Source of the DNA: Candidatus Saccharimonadales bacterium
GTDB taxonomy: Bacteria; Patescibacteriota; Saccharimonadia; Saccharimonadales; OMJO01
Direction: 5' to 3'
Length of the DNA: 64,000 bases
NCBI GenBank assembly: GCA_038216175.1
Contig: JBBQQG010000001.1
Location: 10,033-74,032, forward strand
Each line of letters begins with the position of its first letter. Position 1 is the stretch's first letter. Shown one piece after another: positions 58,073-64,000 of this stretch. The notes under the pieces are model-generated. The model did not search any database, had not been told where the DNA came from, and saw only the letters and a program-made list of their open reading frames with translations. The position numbers were made by a program, and so were the translations under genes.

Positions 58073-58480
58073 ATGTTAAAAGAAAATCTTCAAGCACCTA
58101 ACGATAGCCATGAAGTAAAAGCAAAGTTAAGCCTTGGAATAAAGGCATTTGGTGTTATAGCGGTTGGTGGTCTGGCAGCACTGGGTGCTCACATTTCGGC
58201 TAATCACTTTAAGCAGGATGCTAGATCTTCTGCGCATTCGGCTGAAGTGGTTTATGACGGCAGCCTGCACCGCCATATGGATATGTCCAACATTGCATTG
58301 AAGCCAAAAGAACTAGCAACTATTTCGGCCGATTTAAAAACTCATGATGACGATATTAGATTAAACGACTTTCTTAACCGTGTCGGTGTCGGATTTGTCG
58401 TTGCCTCGGCACTGCCGCTGGCCGGGTTTGCTGCTTTGGAACTTTCCGGAAACGGCCAGATTGCAGACCAGACAGAATAG
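58073..58480 (+). CDS. membrane protein (hypothetical, 135 aa)
   Basis: Two hydrophobic helices (GIKAFGVIAVGGLAALGAHI and VGVGFVVASALPLAGFAALEL). Confidence 0.5.
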   Translation: MLKENLQAPNDSHEVKAKLSLGIKAFGVIAVGGLAALGAHISANHFKQDARSSAHSAEVVYDGSLHRHMDMSNIALKPKELATISADLKTHDDDIRLNDFLNRVGVGFVVASALPLAGFAALELSGNGQIADQTE

Positions 58481-58503
58481 TAGTAGTAAACCTTAACCTA
58501 GCT

Positions 58504-58532
58504 TTGGTTTTATCGTATATTTATTGTATAAT
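58504..58532 (+). promoter_or_regulatory. candidate internal promoter giving a near-leaderless transcript for the 58541 ORF
   Basis: TTGGTT, 17 nt spacer, TATAAT. The -10 box ends 8 nt before the ATG at 58541. Confidence 0.25.
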
Positions 58533-58540
58533 ATTGTCTT

Positions 58541-58894
58541 ATGCCTGTTGAGAATATTTACGATAGCCAGATCGAAAAAAACGTTCTGGGATTTATGCCA
58601 GAGCAGTACGACGAGTTTGATTTTGCAAAAAACCATGAACAATTATTATCTGGTATCAGATCCAGACTAATTGGTGTTCTTAGTCTCGGCGAATCTATAA
58701 AAGTGCAACAGCTAATCGGCCGATTTGGCGATGACTATGACAGGTTGACGCCGGAACAGACTGAGCTGCTTACCAGACCGGACACATCGGAAATAGAGGC
58801 TCTTAGAGACGAGTTTAAAAGTGAGCGGACCATTCTTACTGCCGTTAAAGCAATTTATAACCAGCGACTTTTGCGTAGTGCGACTGAAAATTAA
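58541..58894 (+). CDS. hypothetical protein (117 aa)
   Basis: Its stop lies 6 nt before the helicase TTG start, so the two are probably translationally coupled. Confidence 0.5.
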   Translation: MPVENIYDSQIEKNVLGFMPEQYDEFDFAKNHEQLLSGIRSRLIGVLSLGESIKVQQLIGRFGDDYDRLTPEQTELLTRPDTSEIEALRDEFKSERTILTAVKAIYNQRLLRSATEN

Positions 58895-58900
58895 AGAACT

Positions 58901-61507
58901 TTGCCCCATCAACAGAATATACTAGATGATATATCGTCTTTTTTAGCTACTGGTAAAAAAGAAGGTTACGTTGAGCTGGCTACGGCCGGTGGTAAAACTT
59001 ATTTAGAATCTAAAATAACCGATACTTTAGTCGGTGCCGGACTTAGAGTTCTGGTTTTATCTAATACCAAACATGCCAATGATCAGTTTATCGGTTTAAA
59101 TGGCAATAAGGGGCTGAGTCAGTTTGCATCTAAACAAACTATTTCTAAAATTGGCCGCCAGTACGGTGGGTACGTTGCCAGTCCAAGCGATCAATTAGTT
59201 ATATCTACTTATCAGTCGCTGAACGGTTTTTCGGCTGACAATCGGCTCGGTGACTTCGATGTAATTGTCTGTGATGAGGCTCACCGTGCGCTGGGAGATA
59301 AAACACGGGCAAACTTAATAAAATCATATCCCCATGCAATTAAGCTCGGGTTTACTGCCACTCCAAATTTTGGTATTAACAAATCGGTTGATCAGGTGTT
59401 TCCGGAAGTTATCCACAGCCTTAATTTACGTGAAGCGATCGACAGCGATATTGTCGCACCAGTCCAGTGTTTAACCTATACGACTGGTGAGCAGATACAG
59501 ATAGTCGATCCAACGCATCAGGATTTTTCAATTAGGGAACTTAGGCGCCTGATAAACCTTAAGTCTAGAAACGAAAAAGCTGCTTCGTTTGCCTGCGATT
59601 TTGTCCAAGATGGACGACGGGGCATTGTTGCCTGTTTGCCGGGTGGTGACTTGGCTCACGCTAAATTAATGGCCCAGGATTTACAAAGACAGGTTATTAC
59701 CGATAAGAACACTGGTCAAAAAAGAAATATTGTGGCTCGGGCGGTCGGTCGGTCAACCGGCAATGATGCTGAGCGCAAGTTGGTATTAAAACAGTTTGAG
59801 GATGGAGAAATTGATGTTTTGACGTTTGTTGATCTTATATCTGAGAGTTGGGACAGCGATCAGGCCAGCTTTTTGATAAATGCCCGCCCGACTACATCTA
59901 TCGTAAAGATTACCCAGCAGATCGGCCGGGTTATTAGAAAGAAAAAAAGCGGTCTTCATTCGATTGTTGTCGACTTTATCGATGACAATATTGGCAAGCA
60001 GCAGAAGACTGCCCTCCAAGCTCTAGGCGAAGACAGGGTTGAGCTAAACACTATCTACGGAAATCGGGGCGAGCCAGGCAGTGGGACTCATTCCCTGTCG
60101 TATCTTAGGGGAATACTAAGTCCCGAACTTTATAGCCGCCTAATGAGCGTTGACGGCAGGTTAATTAACGAACTTACGATAGCACCAAAAGAAGATATAG
60201 CTAACACCCGGGCACTTTTATATGAACGTATGCTTGAAAAAGACGGTTTATATCCCGATACCCATCTTTTCGGTATTCCAAATAAAGTTAATCAGGCTAT
60301 CGATCATTCTATTCTTGAATTTGAAGAATTAAACGGTCGACTGCCGACTGCTGACGAGCTGTTCACCAATATTGATGCTAAGCAGCTTCTTGGCGGGCGT
60401 GACAAGGATCTAAGAGATCGTTTCGATAATATCTTACTAGTTAGAGACTATGACCTGCGCGGCACAATGATCGGCAGTACAGAAACAGTATATGACGGCG
60501 ATGATAAGTACTACCGAGATCCTCAAGAGTTAGCAGACGATATGTCTCTTAAAACTGATATTGGTAAAATAATGCTTCTTCTCGATGAACGTAAGCAGTT
60601 TATTTTAAATGAACGAAACGGATTAGTCGGCGACGTTCCGAGAACATACGCCGAAATTGGAGAGTTTTTGGGTATTTCTGCTCCCAGAGTCAGGGATATA
60701 GAATCCTATGCTCTATCCGAGCTTAGCCGTCCTAATTTCGCCGATGTTCGTCTGTCGTCTTACATGTTCGATCCTGACAACGAAAGACGTGTAAAGCTCA
60801 GTTCAGAAATTGCGAAAGTTAGCCTGCTTAATCGTATTGCTAGCGAACCTATCGGTTTACAGTCTTTGCTAATCAGTATGATCTCACCCGGCGACCGTAG
60901 TGCACTGTTTAATCAGGATCGTTCTCACTTCCCTTTAGTAATTCAAAAATTCTTAAAAGATTCAATTGACTACGAAAAAAATAATACTCCGGACTATATG
61001 ATTCACAGTAAATATTTAACTGATGGACATCTAAATAAACTGGGCGATATATATGTGCAAACCAAGAAACTGTTAAACGGAGATTACAACATTTATATAA
61101 AACAGGCTGGTAGCGAGACTAATGATCTACTTGCCAACATTTTTCAGTTTGTTCCCGCTACTATGATTGGAGATACTAGGGTCAAATCGGATGATTCAAA
61201 CTTTTTATATCCCGGACCACTATCGGTGACTTGGAAAGCTGCTGAACGGTACTCCGATATTTTGACTACACTTGATTACTCGAATAGCATTACTGATCTA
61301 GTTTTTAGCTACCATAAAAGCCAGCAAAATAACAATCCAGAATACCAGGTACCTCGTAGAAATTCAGTTGCTAAGTATCTAGGAAATCTACACAACTTTC
61401 AAGTTTTTACGCTTAGTAGTCTAGCCGAGGCTTGGAGTATGCCTGGTATTTATAGTTATGCCGGCCGAGTAATTAGACAAGAACCGCTGGAAACATCACA
61501 GCACTAG
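58901..61507 (+). CDS. SF2 (DEAH/ResIII-type) helicase fused to sigma-70 region 3/4-like domains and an unknown C-terminal domain
   Basis: Helicase motifs I (ATAGGKT), II (VCDEAHRA), III (GFTATP) and VI (QQIGRVIR). Then GIPNKVNQAIDHSILEFEELNGRLPTADEL (sigma r3-like) and LLLDERKQFILNERNGLVGDVPRTYAEIGEFLGISAPRVRDIESYALSELSRP (sigma r4). TTG is the only in-frame start upstream of the Walker A motif. Confidence 0.8.
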   Translation: MPHQQNILDDISSFLATGKKEGYVELATAGGKTYLESKITDTLVGAGLRVLVLSNTKHANDQFIGLNGNKGLSQFASKQTISKIGRQYGGYVASPSDQLVISTYQSLNGFSADNRLGDFDVIVCDEAHRALGDKTRANLIKSYPHAIKLGFTATPNFGINKSVDQVFPEVIHSLNLREAIDSDIVAPVQCLTYTTGEQIQIVDPTHQDFSIRELRRLINLKSRNEKAASFACDFVQDGRRGIVACLPGGDLAHAKLMAQDLQRQVITDKNTGQKRNIVARAVGRSTGNDAERKLVLKQFEDGEIDVLTFVDLISESWDSDQASFLINARPTTSIVKITQQIGRVIRKKKSGLHSIVVDFIDDNIGKQQKTALQALGEDRVELNTIYGNRGEPGSGTHSLSYLRGILSPELYSRLMSVDGRLINELTIAPKEDIANTRALLYERMLEKDGLYPDTHLFGIPNKVNQAIDHSILEFEELNGRLPTADELFTNIDAKQLLGGRDKDLRDRFDNILLVRDYDLRGTMIGSTETVYDGDDKYYRDPQELADDMSLKTDIGKIMLLLDERKQFILNERNGLVGDVPRTYAEIGEFLGISAPRVRDIESYALSELSRPNFADVRLSSYMFDPDNERRVKLSSEIAKVSLLNRIASEPIGLQSLLISMISPGDRSALFNQDRSHFPLVIQKFLKDSIDYEKNNTPDYMIHSKYLTDGHLNKLGDIYVQTKKLLNGDYNIYIKQAGSETNDLLANIFQFVPATMIGDTRVKSDDSNFLYPGPLSVTWKAAERYSDILTTLDYSNSITDLVFSYHKSQQNNNPEYQVPRRNSVAKYLGNLHNFQVFTLSSLAEAWSMPGIYSYAGRVIRQEPLETSQH

Positions 61508-61644
61508 GATTATTTGGCAATTCTTTTTCTCCTAAGATTTATAAAGAATATCTTAAAACCTTTTTAACAGAATTTATAAAAGATAGTGAAACAACGCCAG
61601 TTTAGATTATTGACTGCAGTATTTTTATATGTTTATATATCTGT

Positions 61645-62226
61645 ATGAGTGAGTCATTTGAGGAACGTCACGAGCTATCGGCAGATCAGCTATCACTATC
61701 TCAATTAATTATTGAGCGTACTAAGCGTCACGCCGATGAACTGTCTAATTTTGTAATAGAAAATACCGGGGACTATTTAGATCCAACTATGGTAGTTTTT
61801 AAACTTGATACTTTTAAATTTTCAATTTTAATAGGTGAATGTGATGAATTAGCTTTGCATTATCAGAGATATGATCCTAAGCACGGCTGGGGTATGATGG
61901 GAATTACTCTTTTTAGAGACAGATCTCCGTTTATGATTGATCAGGATTATGATGACTATGGTCCAGAAGATAACGAATATCTCATTGTATCGGTTGAAGA
62001 TAGACCGCCGTTCATTGTTCACAATAAACGAATTAACGTTGATGACGGTATAGATAGTATTTATGACTATCTTGACTCGGTCGGTGATAGCTTGCAACCA
62101 AAGCCGTATTTATTATCTGATAATGATTGCCGGCAGATTACCGAAATTGTGACTAATAAGGAGCTGCCTAAATATATAGATACTGATGAGGGTATTGATG
62201 CTGCTACCAGACCGAACGGTAATTAA
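61645..62226 (+). CDS. hypothetical acidic protein (193 aa)
   Basis: ORF downstream of the helicase. No recognisable domain. Confidence 0.45.
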   Translation: MSESFEERHELSADQLSLSQLIIERTKRHADELSNFVIENTGDYLDPTMVVFKLDTFKFSILIGECDELALHYQRYDPKHGWGMMGITLFRDRSPFMIDQDYDDYGPEDNEYLIVSVEDRPPFIVHNKRINVDDGIDSIYDYLDSVGDSLQPKPYLLSDNDCRQITEIVTNKELPKYIDTDEGIDAATRPNGN

Positions 62227-63025
62227 AAACATCAAAAGATTGACTTGGATTATTAACGTTTATCCAGATATTTGACTCTGTACTTAATATATTTTCAGTT
62301 GTAGTTAAGCAAATATTTATCTCGCTAGTTATCCCCAGATTTTCAAGATAGCTAGACGCGTATTTTGTAATTTGTTTTAGCTGGTATTTATTTCTTGTAA
62401 CTAGCAGAATTATTGGGTAGCTGCCGTAAGACGTAAGAAGTAAGTTAGCATAGTCGTAGTGGTGGTATAGCTCGGATATTCTTAGTTTAACTTTAAAAAA
62501 TGATTTATCGGTTATGTTATCCAGAATAAAATCGGTCTTTTTAGATCTTAAGTATAAATCTGGTTTATTCTTTGGAAAATGATTATATGTAATCAGCTCA
62601 TTTTTAGCATAAATGTCATATTTGGCATTTAATTTTTGTCTTAAGTTAAGGTATATGTCTACAACATTTAAATAGTGCTCTACGTTAGGTTGTGTCAGTT
62701 TTAAATTATGCTGCATATTATGAACTGCTTTTTGGTCGACTTTTAGCTGGTGTTTAATTTGTTTAACTCCAGCTGACAATAAAGTGTAATAGGCACTCTT
62801 TCCAATTAATCGAAAATGCTTATCGTAGACTTTATTGATATAGCCATTTCTATATAGCCAGTTAAGTATGCTGCTAGACGAATCGTATCTACTATTTTGT
62901 CTGTACTTTGATATTTGTACTCCACTCATGAACCTAAATTTGTATAGCAGCATTAATACATTTATTTTGTCTGGTTTTAGTATTGTTCGATTTATTTGTT
63001 GGTTCATGTATTCATTATTTAGCAA
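62204..63025 (-). CDS. replication-relaxation-family-like protein (winged-helix N-terminus), AT-rich gene
   Basis: LKPDKINVLMLLYKFRFMSGVQISKY...ILNWLYRNGYINKVYD resembles the plasmid replication-relaxation family. Assignment is from memory of the family pattern only. Confidence 0.4.
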   Translation of the reverse strand: MLNNEYMNQQINRTILKPDKINVLMLLYKFRFMSGVQISKYRQNSRYDSSSSILNWLYRNGYINKVYDKHFRLIGKSAYYTLLSAGVKQIKHQLKVDQKAVHNMQHNLKLTQPNVEHYLNVVDIYLNLRQKLNAKYDIYAKNELITYNHFPKNKPDLYLRSKKTDFILDNITDKSFFKVKLRISELYHHYDYANLLLTSYGSYPIILLVTRNKYQLKQITKYASSYLENLGITSEINICLTTTENILSTESNIWINVNNPSQSFDVFNYRSVW

Positions 63026-63093
63026 TTATTTCATTAATATATAGTATACTCTGATAGTTTTATTAATTTTTCTTCGTATTTTGTGTTTCTTTT

Positions 63094-63111
63094 GACGTTA
63101 TCGATAACGTC
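63094..63111. promoter_or_regulatory. 18-bp perfect palindrome GACGTTATCGATAACGTC (candidate operator or origin element)
   Basis: Read directly in the divergent intergenic region. A third TTGACGTT half-site lies at 63125-63132. Confidence 0.5.
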
Positions 63112-63211
63112 TGTGTTTAATCATTTGACGTTTTTATAAAATAGTAAATGTTTGCTATTAAAACGCTTATGTAGTTTAGTTATAGGTAAGTAATTATTAG
63201 ATAGCGTAGAT

Positions 63212-64000
63212 ATGTCTAAATCAAAAAAGTTAACTAAACCACAAAAATTTCTAGAACTGATAAAACCTAACAGTTTATCTAAAGGTTTCTTCTCTTTTGC
63301 ACTATTATTCGCTTTGATTGGTGGCGGGTATATGACATTTAAGAGTTTTGCGGCCAGCGGCGCCTACCTGTATTTAAACCCTTCTAGTGCGACAGTTTAT
63401 CCGCAGTCGACATTTGACGTTCAGATATGGGAGCAGAGTGGTACAAGAGCTGTTAATGCTGTTCAGAGCATAGTAACTTATCCGTCAGATAAATTATCGT
63501 ACGTTAGTACTAGTTTTGCCTATTCGAGTTTTAGTATTGTAGCCCAATCAAGTCATTCTAATGGATCAGTCTCAATATCGAATGCCTCGACTACACCACG
63601 AACTGGCGCTCATTTAGTAGCAATCATAAGATTTAAATTTTTAGTATCAAGCAGCAGTGGCATTAGTGTTCCGATAAATTTTGGACCGTCGTCTCAAATA
63701 CTTGCCTCTTCTTCTCCGCCATCTAACATAATCGGCTATACTCAGGGCGCTACGTTTTTGCTTAAGAACCCGCCGTCTTTGGCAACTTACATGTATTTGA
63801 CACCGACTTCCGGTAGTTATTCGATAAAAACTACTCATCAGATAGCTTTAACGGTAATAGATGAGAGTGGCTTGAGTCCGATCAATGTTTTCCAGCCGGT
63901 AGTATCTTATCCGACTAATTTGCTAAGTTATGACCACGCTACTTTCAGTTCGCCCTTGTCTTTGTTCATTCTGCCGTCGATCAATAACGGTGTGCTTACG
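63212..64000 (+). CDS. cohesin-like repeat surface protein, 5' part (runs out of the window)
   Basis: Hand-translated frame is open from ATG 63212 to the window end. N-terminal leader ...FALIGGGYMTFKSFAA. Two repeats of the pattern Y(L/M)YL.P.S......F.V.I.......NA(V)Q..V.YP...LSY, typical of cohesin-type domains. Confidence 0.6.
   Translation, partial: MSKSKKLTKPQKFLELIKPNSLSKGFFSFALLFALIGGGYMTFKSFAASGAYLYLNPSSATVYPQSTFDVQIWEQSGTRAVNAVQSIVTYPSDKLSYVSTSFAYSSFSIVAQSSHSNGSVSISNASTTPRTGAHLVAIIRFKFLVSSSSGISVPINFGPSSQILASSSPPSNIIGYTQGATFLLKNPPSLATYMYLTPTSGSYSIKTTHQIALTVIDESGLSPINVFQPVVSYPTNLLSYDHATFSSPLSLFILPSINNGVLT

Noticed and set aside
1-64000. CRISPR arrays, rRNA genes, IS elements and transposases.
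   Set aside because: I saw no regularly spaced direct repeats, no rRNA-like sequence, and no transposase or integrase-like ORF anywhere in the window.

Overview
All calls are from reading the sequence and the ORF track; no searches were run. The window is a gene-dense, moderately AT-rich bacterial segment using the standard genetic code (TGA is a stop, e.g. at hisS). About 45 kb on the minus strand is the translation/transcription core: rpoB-rpoC, rpsL-rpsG-fusA, tuf, rpsJ, then rplC through rplQ, rplM-rpsI, trpS, rluD-like, holB and tRNA-Thr/tRNA-Tyr. tig, clpP and hisS lie upstream. No L30 gene sits between rpsE and rplO, and adk and map are absent between secY and infA. Together with the type IV pilin-like, sortase, FG-GAP and cohesin-like surface proteins, this suggests a small-genome Patescibacteria/CPR organism, most plausibly Saccharibacteria-like (inference). 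The conserved operons are interrupted in unusual places. A 100-codon ORF lies between rplB and rpsS. Three translationally coupled small ORFs surround rpsG, two of them sharing Cys motifs. Glycan genes sit between fusA and tuf, and a Nudix/HAD block separates rpsJ from rplC. The accessory part (about 50-64 kb) holds a gene-decay zone and a class F-like sortase with a Cys-repeat, MPDTG-anchored surface protein. It also holds an SF2 helicase fused to sigma-70 region 3/4-like domains, the strongest novelty candidate, and an AT-rich replication-relaxation-like gene beside an 18-bp perfect palindrome. Other notable items are a RelE-like toxin pseudogene with a stop at codon 2 next to an intact toxin-antitoxin pair, and a membrane-anchored surface protein split by a frameshift in an A8-C-A5-C-A7 tract.
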